64,000 nucleotides of DNA, from positions 15,008,516 to 15,072,515 of the forward strand of contig NC_069002.1 in NCBI RefSeq assembly GCF_001194135.2. The letters are read 5' to 3'. Positions 49,073-63,100 of this stretch are shown in pieces. Numbering within the stretch: position 1 is the first letter of the stretch; every line of letters begins with the position of its first letter. Source of the DNA: Octopus bimaculoides. Lineage: Eukaryota. The position numbers were made by a program, and so were the translations under genes. The notes under the pieces are model-generated. The model ran no database searches and had not been told where the DNA came from. It saw only the letters and a list, made by a program, of their open reading frames with translations.

Positions 49073-52000
49073 GTATGCGTGTGTATATGTTTGTGTGTCT
49101 GTGCTTGTCCCCCCCAACATCGCTTGACAACCGATGCTGGTGTGTTTACGTCCCCGTAACTTAGCGGTTCGGCAAAAGAGATCGATAGAATAAGTACTAG
49201 GCTTCCAAAGAATAAGTCCTGGGGTCGATTTGCTCGACTAAAAAGGCGGTGCCCCAGCATGGCCACAGTCAAATGACTGAAACAAGTAAAAGAGTAAAAG
49301 ATAGTCGAAAGTTAAGTGAGTAGTAGAAGATTATTGTATGGGTGGTGGTAGAAAGTGGGAGTAGCAGTTGTGGAAGAAGTGAGATACAGCTGTAAAATCA
49401 AATTCACACACAAATTGATAAACATCAATGGTAGACGAACAGAAACTGAGCTGTTATGTGAGGAGGAGGGAAGGAGGAGGAGATCAATAGTAGTATGTGT
49501 TGTTGGCATTCCGTCGCTTACGACGTCGAGGGTTCCAGTTGATCCGATCAACGGAACAGCCTGCTCGTGAAATTAACGTGCAAGTGGCTGAGCACTCCAC
49601 AGACATGTGTACCCTTAACGTAGTTCTAGGGGATATTCAGCGTGACACAGTGTGGTAAGGCTGGCCCCTTTGAAATACAGGTACAACAGAAACAGGAAGT
49701 AAGAGTGAGAGAATGTTGTGGTGAAAGAGTACAGCAGGGTTTGCCACCATCCCCTGCCAGAGCCTCGTGGAGCTTTTAGGTGTTTTCGCTCAATAAACAC
49801 TCACAACGCCTGGTCTGGGAATCGAAACCGCGATCCTATGACCGCGAGTCCGCTGGCCTAACGACTTGGCCATTGTGCCTCCACCAATAGTAGTATAACC
49901 TCCCACTATAAGCAGTTGTTTTATCAATGATGAAAGAAAGACAAACCCATCCTTTACTAAGATTATGAAATAAGCATCTACATTTAATATTTACAAATGA
50001 AAACTTTGTTACTTTCAAATTTCATCAATTTTTTTTTGTTAATTTAATTATACTTGTAAAAAGTTATGAAAATCAAGCTTGTTCTCTTCTCACCTTACTG
50101 CCATAAGTTAATGCGGTGAAATATTTACTTTCAATATCTGAAAAACTCTCGTTTGATCTGGGAAATTGTGAGGAGTTAACAACCATTTCATCAATGTACC
50201 AAGTGACTGTATAGCTTATGTTAGCTTCCTGCAGATATTTGAAGGAACAGCGGAAATATTGTTCAGAGATATTTATTCCATGGAATGATAGCATTGGTCT
50301 TTCTTTGAAGAATGGTGAGTCTAAAAAAAAATAATAAATATACAATTCAAAAAAACTATAGCGCACAAATAAAAATGTTAAAGATGTTTATTACATTCGT
50401 TGGTCTGAGAGGCCTAGTGAGTTGAAACACAGACCTGACAACACAAGTTCACAAAAAGAATGACCAAGGTTCAAATCCTGCTGGAGACACGATTTTGGAA
50501 AGCAGCAGGACACCTAGGGGTCATGACCTGGGTGGGCCTGGCTCCTGTAGAGTGTCACATATAAGGATCAAACTACTTGTTGGATGGGGACTCTTCCTCT
50601 GAAGATCGCTTCTGCCATGTACTCACCTTGTGGTGAGTTTCTGTCATTTTTTGAGAGTGTAGTCAATAAAATGATAAACACATTAGGTGCTGTGTGATTC
50701 CTAATTAACAACATTTAATCTGAAATATTTCTTCATCAATAAAGGGTGTATATAACACATTCATGTGCTTTTACTTCATCAGAGATAGGACTTAGCATTT
50801 TTAATTTGAGATAGTAATTTTGAGAAAAATTACTGACAGTAACAAGAAGTTATTTTACATAAATTCTAAGAAAATTTATTTATTATAGCAAAAAATATTA
50901 TTATGATTAGCAATGCAATAAATTAGCAAAATGTTGGTAAATGTGTGATTTTAACACATTTGTTAATATATAGTCCATAAATTTGTTGACCTGACAATTG
51001 TAGTGTATATTTGTCAAGGATAAATATATTTGTTTTTAAAATTCGTTTGTGTAAATTATCCCTTTTGTTTTCTTTTTTTTTTATTGTCCACAAGGGGCTA
51101 AACATAGAGGGGACAAACAAATGGATTAAGTCGATTACATCGACCCCAGTGCGTAACTGGTACTTAATTTATCGACCCTGAAAGTCGACCTCGGCGGAAT
51201 TTGAACTCAGAACGTAACAGCAGACGAAATACCGCTAAGCACTTCGCCCGGCGTGCTAACGTTTCTGCCAGCTCGCCGCCTTTTGTTTTCTGAGCCTGGT
51301 GTTGCCATCTGGTTTCACCAGTCCTCAGTCAAATCGTCCAATCCATGCTAGCATGGAAAGCGGACGCTAAATGATGATGATGATGATTGCAATTTGCTGA
51401 ACTCTCTGAACTTGGAGGTAGAAAATTAAGTCAGAGCTCTGTTGGTGAGATGTATGTTATTGAGGTAGCACAATAATTAATATGATGATATTAGGCGATC
51501 TTTCGGAGAAAGTATATCGAAACTGAAAGTATTTGGCAATTTCTGTAAAAACTCTTATATCATTTCAGCTGAATAATCAAATCACTTATGTTTATGTATT
51601 TTTTGTGTAGGCGCAGGAGTGGCTGTGTGGTAAGTGTCTGTGGAGTGCTCAGCCACTTGCATGTTAATTTCACGAGCAGGTTGTTCCGTTGACCGGATCA
51701 ACTGGAACCTTCGACGTCGTAAGTGACGGAGTGCCAACAACAACATTGAACCCATGTTTACATCCAACTCTCTCTCCCCTCATATCTTACCCACTCTTGA
51801 TCCTATTGTTATGCTCTCTTCTATTCACCTTCTTGGATATGTTATCACGGGAGTATGTTCTGGTACCTCATCACTACCACATTTACTTTTTTTGTGACAC
51901 CACTTCAGTTTTTGCTACTACTTTGGTCATATACTAAGCAGCCATGAATCTCCTCCACAACAAAACTCTTCTATTCCTCCCATCATTTATCAACCTCTCA

Positions 52001-55000
52001 ACATCTCACATATAGTGAACCTTGCCATCTCACATTCTCACTCTCAGTCAATGGCCTGATTTGACATTGCAAATTAAAAGGCTACCTCACTCTCTAGAAC
52101 TGGTATCAGAGAAAAATGGCACCCAGTGCACTCTGTAATGTGGTTGGCTCTAGAATAGGTATCAAGCCATAGAATCTATACCAAAAGTGTTACACTAGAG
52201 CAAGATGTAGTCCTCCAGTCTGTTGAATCCAGTTTAGATGTCTGACCAATGGCAGCATGGAAAGCAGACATAAAAGGGATGATGATAGTGATGATGATGA
52301 TAATGATGATGGCATATGGGCATCAGACTATAAGAAATGACAAAGATGAAGAAGAGAGAGAAAGAATTTACCAAAATTGAGGCCATTTTCAAGGATGAAT
52401 TTCTGTGTAATTCCAACGTAAGTCCATCCTTCAATAGCAATATTAGCAGGAAATTTTCGACTGAAATGGCCACCAATAATTAAATTTTGTGAATTTATAG
52501 CCCTCGTGGAAACTCGGTCAATATATTTGGTTTTATGTTCTACTTGTTTGTCATCAAAATAGAGATAAAGACCAGATTTCTCACTCCAGCTAAATAATAC
52601 TTTGAAGAATTTTTTCACTGGAAACATTTTGGTTTTTATTGTCCACTGCTTGGTACTTGTACTGAGTGTGAGGAACAAAAATCCCTTGGAGATATACATG
52701 CTAACCCCATTAGATGTTGGTTCAGTTCCACCGTTTCCAAAAATGAACATGCCTTCTGTAACATTGAAAATGAATAAGTTGAAATGAACTGTCATTCCAA
52801 GTGGACATTGATCCAAAGAACTGAAGCATGGAAGATTTCTGCCCATGTCAATGAAATTATCGATTCCATTCAGTACAACTGCGTTTCCTTTGTAGGGACC
52901 TTTCTTCAATTTGACAGTGCCAAATGCTTTAAGTTTTCCATTCAAAGTTATGAGATTATCACCTTCAATTCTTAGAATAGAGTAATGCCTCACAATAATG
53001 TCTTGGTCTGAAAGCAGAACAACATAACTAATTAGTTATAACTATAAATTAATCATGAAACAATCAATCATAAGTAGAAACAAATTAATCACCAGGCAAT
53101 TAGTCATAATTAGTAAATAATAGGTAACAAGGTAATGCTTCCATATTTTTCTAATAGTTACCATAGTTAGTTTTATGAGTCACCAGTAACTTATTGTGGA
53201 GGGGCAATGGCCCAGTGGTTAGGGCAGCGAACTCGCGGTCATAGGATCGCGGTTTCGATTCCCAGACCGGGCGTTGTGAGTGTTTATTGAGCGAAAACAC
53301 CTAAAGCTCCACGAGGCTCCGGCAGGGGATGGTGGCGAACCCTGCTGTACTCTTTCACCACAACTTTCTCTCACTCTTACTTCCTGTTTCTGTTGTGCCT
53401 GTAATTCAAAGGGTCAGCCTTGTCACACACTGTGTCACACTGAATATCTCTGAGAACTACGTTAAGGGTACACGCATCTGTGGAGTGCTCAGCCACTTGC
53501 ACGTTAATTTCACGAGCAGGCTATTCCATTGAATGGATCAATTGGAACCCTTGACGTCGTAAGCGACAGAGTGCCAACAACAACAGTAACTTATTCAACC
53601 AATATACGAGATAGTGACACCACCTGTGACACCAACCTGACTATTTTTTTAGAATGTTTCTATAGAAATACAATGCCTTTATTTCAATTAATTTTGAAGG
53701 TAATGAAGAATTTAGGAACATAACTTTGCCATCGTTACTCTATGTAACACGATTTTTGTCCTTGGGTAGCAACTTTTATTTGCGATTTGCTTACCCCTAA
53801 GAAGTATGAAAAACAGCTAATATATCCTTCAAACATTGTTTTTGTTACATTTATTCAAACTCCAATGAATTCCTCTCAGCACATGGCTATGATGCTCCCC
53901 CACTCCTCCGGCTCATGATCAGAGATGCACATATTGTCAGCCACTAAGGGATATGCTCAAGTGGTTAAGATCAAGTGACTGACAAGCAAATCTTGTAGTA
54001 TTGAGCAGAATATATGCTATAATGATATTTCTGCTTCAGCAAATCAACACTGAATCTGTCTAAAATGTACTGAAAAATAGGCCAGTTTCAAAACATTGAT
54101 GTCCAAGTCATAAAAGCAAAAAATTTGAAGAGAATAGTAGTCATTTCCCTTGATTTCTTGATAGAAGCAAATAGGAAATAACACTCACTGACCAATGACA
54201 AAATAAATAAAGATTATTTTTACACAGTATTAGCATTATTAAGCTGGTGTTTGGAACATAAAATAATGTTTTGATGGAAGGTTTTTACTTTTAAACAGGA
54301 AGTTTGATTCATAAAAAGTGTCATGAATGTTGCTATCAAAAGAGTTAACTCTCACTGATGTGTGACACATTAGATGTGACACAGAGATTAATGATACATT
54401 AACTTGACTCGTTAATCAAGGACAAACTGACATGTAACACATTGAACTGTTATACAGTAACATGTGACAAAAATATTAGCTTATGGGACATTAACTTATA
54501 AAACACAATGTAACAAATGGACAAATGATATATTAGAGAGTGACAGAGATACAGTGTAACATGTTAATCAAAGTTACAGTGATTAATTTGGCACATTATG
54601 AAATGCTTTGAACCATCAAAGATGACTGTATCCTGTTGTACAACCTGCTTTAAATAGCAACCAATTCTCCTTAAAGAGGAACAGACACATTGGAAGATGT
54701 AGTTGTTGATGAACAAAAAGTCAGGGTTGATGAACAGCTTGGGTAACAATTCCACTCAATTGGGGCTGACCTAGGGCTAAATAGCAATGAAATACTTACA
54801 CTGAAGTACAGACCAACTGGATGGATTCTTTGATGAAATACAGACTTGTGAAGTGTCTTCTGGATTTATTGCGCCATTAGGGAAACAAACACCTCCAATG
54901 GTACACACATCAGCCTGAAAGGAGATACAAGAATACTATGTGAAAAACTGATACCAACAACAATTGACTGACCTACTAGAAATAGCATCTAATTATTCCC

Positions 55001-56998
55001 TAAACCACATCATACCATCTTAAAATAAGATGATACCAAAATCTGCATTAGATTGCTCTATTGCCTGGCCATGATCTTATGAACCAGCCCAGGATTTCTG
55101 AGACTGATAGAAAGGAAAGGAAGTTAACCTTACACTAGATACATGGCTCAAATGCCACAAAATGAGCTCCACTGAAGACCATCCAAGGATAAAGTGGTGT
55201 TAAAAGAATTAAGGCAGTGTTGGATACAAGATATCTGAAACACTTTTGAACATGGATCAACTCAGTGGTGAATTTAGTGGACTAAGGCTTTTCTACTGGT
55301 ATGACTGCTTGTAAAAGACCTGTGACAATGACAGAAACATTATCTCCTTGGCTGACAGCCCCTTAGAGTTTGAGACTTTAGGCTTCAATTTGCCAAACCT
55401 ATAGGTAATTCAGGCACTGAATTTAATCACTGAGGGTTAACTGATCAGGAGATAGATCACTGAACCAAATAATAGCTACTAAGGGTTTAACTTATTCAAC
55501 TGAATAAGAAAAAAAAATTGACTGAATGCATCATATCATGTAATTTTAAGTTGTTCTCTCAGAGATGATTAGCCTCAAGAAAATTTTTTTGTCAGAAATG
55601 GATATAAATAGTTGTATAAAGCCTTAATACATTATTGAGATAAGCTCAATATGCTTGCAACAGATCTCTAGAAACTGCACTCAATTCTCAGATCGTAGAC
55701 TGTTTCTTGGAAAACAAAAGTACTTTGAATACTGTAGTCTGAGGTATTCAATGCCTACATTTTAAGATATGATGATTATGGCTGGAATGCCTTTGACCAT
55801 GGGTTTGACCATGGGTTTGATCATGGGTTTGAACTAGGCTTAAACAACAGACAGACGAATAGACATATAGACAGACAGATAGAGGTAGGTGTAGTGCTAT
55901 AAACAAAGTTATTCTTTAACTTACACGAGGAGTGCACTTATCATTGTTACAATCTTCACACAGTGGGTTGTAATGTTTAACTGTGATGCTAACACTCCAG
56001 ATACCATTACTATTGCTGATGGAAACATTCTGAGTTCCTTTCTGGGGTACTGGACACATGATCTGTTCAGAACTGATATAACTAGCTTTCAGGTAAAAGA
56101 TTTGGGAATTTTCTTTCTGAAAACAGAGAGAGAAAAAAACAAAAAAAAAAAACAAATTAATATAAATAAAATTTAAGCAGAAGGAAATATATTTGAGATG
56201 ACACCATCAAATCCTAACAAAAACTGGACAAATTCTGTTGAGTCAACTGCCATCCAACAGATGGGAATGAAAGATCCTTAGTCTTTGTTCAGACATTTGT
56301 CAAAGAGAAGGTAATCTCTGATGTTACACCTGCAATTTCGTTTGCATCAAATGATGTAGACTAAGTTCTTCACTTTTAACAAATGCATATTTTATATAGA
56401 GTGTAGGAATGACCCTGTATAAGACTTTTTCTCCCTTTAAAAAACTTTCAGGCTGAGTTCTCACTTGATTTTTAACATCTATATTAAGTATGAGTTACTA
56501 TGGCTGACCAGAGTTGAAAAAAAGTAAAACACTCTATGAAAAACCTCATGATGGAAAGAAGGCATGTGTTCGTGAGAACGGTAGCTCTGTGAACGTCTGT
56601 TGCAAGAGATGCCCATTAGTGTCACATCTGTGCAAAAGAGTGTTGGCCCCCACCAACAGGACTGAAAAAGTCACACTCATATGGCTTTATGAGAACAATC
56701 AAACAATTGCTTGAAATCAAGTTGCAGCCCTCGTGAATATATACATGTGTGTGTGTGTGTGTATACACACACACACACATATATATATATATATTTTTTT
56801 TTTCTAGAAAACTATGTAATCGTTACCATTATAGCAAGAGATTTCACCACAAAAGGTCTAAATTAGACTCCTTAAGGATTGTTCTCCTTGGTTATATATC
56901 CAAAGTTTTAAATTTAAAAGAGAGTTTTGATGCTGATATCCATTATTATTATTTCAATAATAATGGATATTAGCGTCAAAACTCTCTTTTAAATTTAA

Positions 56999-57034
<36 letters not shown>

Positions 57035-57157
57035 GAACAGGTGTATTAGACTCAGGAAGAATGGAAAAGTCTTTAGTATTTTGAGCCTACGCTCTTCGAT
57101 GGAAAGGGATGAGAAAAAAAAATTGTGAGAGAAAGAAAAAAAAAAAAACGGAGAAAT

Positions 57158-57198
<41 letters not shown>

Positions 57199-60100
57199 AC
57201 CTTGGTAGTCAAAGCTGGAAATTTTCTTAATAGGTCTGCTTCCATCAAGTCAGGCCTGGGACTAAACAACTCATGATGAAGATGATGATGATAAGAATTT
57301 TTAGTTTTGTTTTTGCATAAAAGATTAAAAAAAAGAATAACTCAAAACATGCTGCTTACATTTTCTCTGATTGAGCAAGTAAGATTGGGACCTTCAATAA
57401 AACCACTTCCAGTTACTACCAGGTCCCTTATTTTGTTCAAAACTTGGATCTTTCTGATGAAGTATGTTGTCTCAATAGTTGGTGGTTTGACAATACTGAT
57501 GGAACAGTCAACACCATCAAATAGTTGGTTACACAGGCAAACACCTGAAATAAACAGAAACATAAGATTTAAAGAATGACTGACTAATTCATTTTAAGTA
57601 CCACTGTTTCTGATAAGAAGTAGGCTTCTATTTTTTAAGGACTCAGAAACTGAGAGAAGTGGGGATGTTAACCTTAAACTAAGAGTAGTCTGGTCTAAAT
57701 GTCTGCAACAGAATGAACTTTACTAACGGCATCCAAGGACTGTTTGGTGTGGGGTGAAATTGGGCAACAGATTAATCCAGACACCTAGCAACTCAGAATT
57801 GAAAGAGACAGAACAAGTACTTAAGGAATCTCATCTGAAGTTCAAACAATTCTGTCTATCCACTGTCAAAAAAAAAAACAAAAAAAAAAACAATATATGA
57901 ACAAAAAACATAGAAGCTATACCTGGACCCTCAGCATGATTTTGGAGAATGTCAGCTTTGCTTATTGTCATTATTATTATTATCAAACATATAAAGGTGC
58001 ATAATCTAGTGGTTAGAGTGTTGTAGTCATGATTGCAAGGTTGTGGTTTCTATTCTCAGACTGGCACTGCCGTATGTTCTTGAACAAAATATTTCATTTG
58101 CTGTTGCTCTGGTCCACTGAACTGTAAATTGCTAATTCTGCAATGTACTGGTATTCTATTCCCCCAAAAATGTTGGTCTGCTTGCTTAATTAGCAATGTG
58201 GAATGATTAAAAAACTACAACAATGTGAGGAAGAACATTATAGGTAGTTACATTCTTGAGTCAAACCAACTCATAAGGGCTGGTTTCCCAGTTTCTATGG
58301 CATATAGATTCCCCACATGGATGGGACACCAGTCCATTACAGGATTACTCATTTTTGCCAGCTGAGTGGACTGGAGCAATGTGAAATGAAGTGTTTTACT
58401 CAAGAACACAATGCATCGCCAGGTCCAGGAATTGAAACCACAGTCATGAGGCCAACACCCTAACCACTAAGCCACACACCTCCACTTAGAAGAACACTAT
58501 GACTAGAGGTGTATAACATCGTCTAATAGTCTGACTGTTACAGTAAAACAGTGATTATCAAATATGGTGATCAGCCAAAAGCAGTAGAGCAGCAGGCTAA
58601 ATGATTTATAATCTTTAGTTTCAGCTCTCTGTCAGTTGTCATTTTACTGGGTCCACTTAGCCTTTAATCCTTTGTGTAGTCAATAAAAGGAGACAGTAAG
58701 GTTAAAGAGTCTCCAATGGAATGATAGAATAGAAACTAGTGGTGGCCTGTGTCAATAAATATTGAGTGTACAGAGAGGAATTAGTTAGTTTGCTGTGAGA
58801 AAAGAAGAGAGATCTTGTGTTTTGGACAAGGCTCTTCATTAGAAAACAATAAAATATATTTACTGCAGATGTCATCATAGACTTTGATCCACTTCTGACC
58901 CTCATAATTACACAAGAAATATTTTTAACCTTTCAGTCGTGGTTAGATTCATTTATAAACAGTATCTAAACTATTGAACTATTGCTTACCTTTCTCACAG
59001 GTACCCTGGTTACTACAGTCATTCAAACAAAGTGCATCAGTTATATTTGAAGGAAACTCAGGTAGTTCACCAGCTTCAGGAACTATCCACTCAGTAATGT
59101 TGGTCTTTATTTGAGTGAGACAAGTTTCTTCAAGGTTGCTTAGTGCTGCTAATGTCCACATCACATTTCCAGTTAACTGTTAAAGTAAAAGAATAAAAAA
59201 ATAAGATAAAAGTGATACGTTTATGTATTCAGCTATTAATTGGCTCACTATGGTATTCCTTAACCCATTCATAGCCATATTTCTGTTGAATTACAATGTC
59301 TATGTTCAAGTAATTTTGTAAATAATGAAGAATTTTGTAAGAAAACTTTGTCATCATTCCACTGGTGTTTGGAACATAAATATATTTTGATGGAAGGTTT
59401 AATCACTTTGAAACAGGAAATCTATATAATAGAACCAGAGGCAGTTTCAGGTAAGTTAATATCAAAAGGGTTAAACTCTTGTCCCAAACACAGAAGCTAT
59501 TGTTCTTGACAGCAATTATTTACTATTTTAATTTTATATCAGGTAAACAATAACATGTTGGTTTCAGATACCTGAAGGGTTAATCACTAGTACACTGCAT
59601 TAGTAAGAACAAACACTTCACAAGGTTTTTTTATATGAAAGAACTGATGTATTAGTTTTCTTGCCAATATTTATATCTTTTATAGATATACCTCAGGTGA
59701 AGATAAACACAGTCAGTCAGTCTGTCTGTGTGTCCATTACATCCCCTCACACCATTTAGTTTGTTTCTGTTTACTTGCTGTTGTTGTTGTTGTTTGGTCC
59801 TCATGTCATCATCCTTGACTAAGCAGGCATTCTAGCCTGGCCCCTCGATCCTTCTCTTGGATATTTTGTATCAAAGACCACATTAGCCACTCTTTCCTCC
59901 CTGTCTACTTCCTTTCAATACTCTAAGATAAAATTTAAGGAAGATTTAGCAGCTATTTCTAACAGGTCAAGCAACCATGTAGAGGCACACTCATTATCTG
60001 TTGTTGTTGTTGAATTTCTGGTCAACTGTGTTCAAATAGACCCATTATCAAAGGTATTCCAACTGTGGCCATCTGTTATTTTATAGGGGTTTGTAAGACT

Positions 60101-63100
60101 AGATCTAATGAGTCCTCCTTTTATTTAAGATAGCAGTATGGTTAGAGGGCGATTTGGTTGCTCTTTTTTGCAGATTGAACAACTATGTAGAGGCTCCTTC
60201 ATTTTCTACAGAGTCCTGGTGGTGGTAGTCATAGCCAAGTAAGGTGAAGGCAATTGAGTTATAATATGAAAGTTGATAAATGCCTGACAATAAAATAACT
60301 TTTCAATTTATGTAACATCCTTCATTCTATACTTACAATAAATGCTAATCAATTAACAATAATTAAAATGATTGTGGATTGGTGGAATGAAAGAATAATA
60401 TGTTATTTGACTGATTGAAACATTTAAGTCTTTAGTCAACACAGACATATCTTGAAGATTATGATTTACCATTAGATCTTGACTGCAGAAGTAAATAATC
60501 TCAGTGTAGTTTATATTTGCAACGGATTTGCACTGTTTTCCTATTTTAGAATTTTTAATATGTTCAGAACATTTCTTCATACTCTCTGCTTCAGTAAGAT
60601 TTGACTGGAATTCCTGAGGGAGAAATTAAAATAGGAGTTTAATTAATATTTGTACAATAGAGTAAAAATTATCAAATGAATATTACTATTGACACCAATC
60701 ATTCTGCAAGTTTACATGAATTAAATTTATCTTTCAAGATTTTTAAAGCAAATTAATTTCATTCACTTAAAAAAAAAAAAAACAAGCTTATAGTATACAG
60801 TGCTCAAGTTTTCTACAACTCATCTGGTAAAAGGGAAAAGAAGGGAGAGAAAGCAGCAATAAGTGAAGTAAATAAAAACAGCAATGATAACTAAAAGTAA
60901 AAGTACAACAAACAGAATAAAAGATAGAAAAAGGTAACATAACAAGAAAACAGGATTTCCAAAATAGGAGGCAGGACAACTATATAGGGAAATTTAGGGC
61001 AACTAGGATACGACTCAATAGACAAAAGTCTTCTCCCAGTTATTGTTGCAGCCACGTTTCGTTGTATAAAACTGAGAGAAACCCCTAACAGAGAAACAAA
61101 AAAAAAACATCAAAAACTCAAAAGAAAATAACAAAATATGATTTACCTCTGCTACATAGGTGCTGTTGTATTCAAATATTATCTGTGGTTTATTAGTTAA
61201 ACATTTCTGTGGTGTCTCTGCAATCTTCAGTAAGGTTTCAGTGATGTCCAATCCTAATAAAAGGTTAGATGTTAAATATTTCAGCTGTCAAATATTTTAT
61301 GCGTGTGTGCAAATATATATATATATATAACAAAAAATATTTCAAGGATGAAGATTTTATATTTTCATTAATGCATTGCTACATATGTTTCGCCATGACA
61401 TGTATTTTTATGGGATCACCTCACTACATCGATAGGATATCAATAAATATTACTTATAATATCCATGTACTCGATGGGAAACCATTAATTTGACTGGAAA
61501 TGATTCATGGTGGCCAGCAACAAGCAACATAGGGACTTTTATGAGCGCACTGCTAGGTATCTGCCATTTACAAAATACAAAGATATATATATCAGAAGTA
61601 AAATGGATTAATAAATTCAGGCAGCTATCAAAAAAGCACTCAGTATTAAGCGAACTTGATTAACTATGTCAAATAATCAGATACCATTAAATTCAAATAG
61701 AATTAACATCCATTAACTAAGATATCTCTTAGAAGAATTTCAAGAAATCTATAGTATATGATAACATGAACAATATTGGAAAATAATCACATCTTTAATC
61801 GAGGTAACTTTTGTCTATATCTAAATATGCTGGCCCAATAGGAATAGTCATCAGTAATATAAGGTGTAACCATCAACTAAAGATGTGGTTTACTCCATTC
61901 TTGTTTATGCACACATACACACAAGCATACATACACACACACACATGCACGCATGCACACACGCACCCAACAACAACCTCTTGTTCTGGCAGATGCATTT
62001 ATTCAAACTCACAAATACCAGGTTTCCTTGGATACTAAATTTTATTTTTTTGTTTATTTATCGGTAGAAAGGTAAAATTTTATATAAATTTGAAAAAAAA
62101 AGTGTGAGCATATAAGATGAGGTTTATAGATTTAGAAACTCGACTATAGCGAGAGACTTAAAGTAGAGGACATGGAGGAAAAGGGAATAACTGTAAGGAG
62201 AGTGAGAACGGGGGAGAGGGAGAAAGGAGGAGAGAGAGAATGGGGGAGGAGAGAGAAACAGAGTGGTAAACAATAAGAGGTGAAGGCGCAATGGCCCAGT
62301 GGTTAGGGCAGCAGACTCGCGGTCAGAGGATCGTGGTTTAGATTCCCAGACTGGGTGTTGTGAGTGTTTATTGAGCGAAAACACCTAAAGCTCCATGAGG
62401 CTCTGGCAGGGGGTGGTGGCGACCCCTGTTGTACTCTTATGCCCCAACTTTCTCTCAGTCTTTCTTCCTGTTTCTTGAGTAACGCTGCGATGGACTGGCA
62501 TCCCGTCCAGCTGGGGGGGGGGGAGGAACACATACACCATAGAAACTGGGAAACAGGGCCCATGAGCCTGGCTAGACTTTAGAAGGGTGCATATATAGAA
62601 AATAAAAACAAAGAGAGAGAGGATAGAGAAAGGGAGGGGTGAGAGGGAGAGATAGATAAAGAGAGAGAGAGAGGGAGAGAGAGAGAAAGCCTGGCAAAAG
62701 TCGACCTATTTCATTGTGGGTGTAGATAATGAAGATAATGAAAATTAATGGACCATTTTGTGTTGTGTAGAAAGTCCTCCATTTAACAAAATGCTTCGTT
62801 CGGAAATAAAAGCTTGGTAATTGGATTGGCACGTGGCCTCAGAACTTTGGCTCAATACATCTCATCCAACTCATACCAGCAAGGAAAAGGTAAACATAAA
62901 AATAATAATGACAACGATGATTGCAGTAGTGGTGATGGTGATGGTGATGATAATGACAATAGTAATGATGATGGTGGTGGTGGTGGTAATGATGATGGTG
63001 ATGAAGAGGACAATGATAACAATAATTGTGGTACCAACCCAAGAATTTCTTCTGTTTCTTTCCTTTCTGAACTGCTACTGGTGCATTACAGTTTATGACA

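Noticed and set aside
50398-50445. CTGAGAG..GAAAC hammerhead-like words
   Set aside because: Core is one base short, stems do not pair, and the context looks like a decayed tRNA-derived SINE head.
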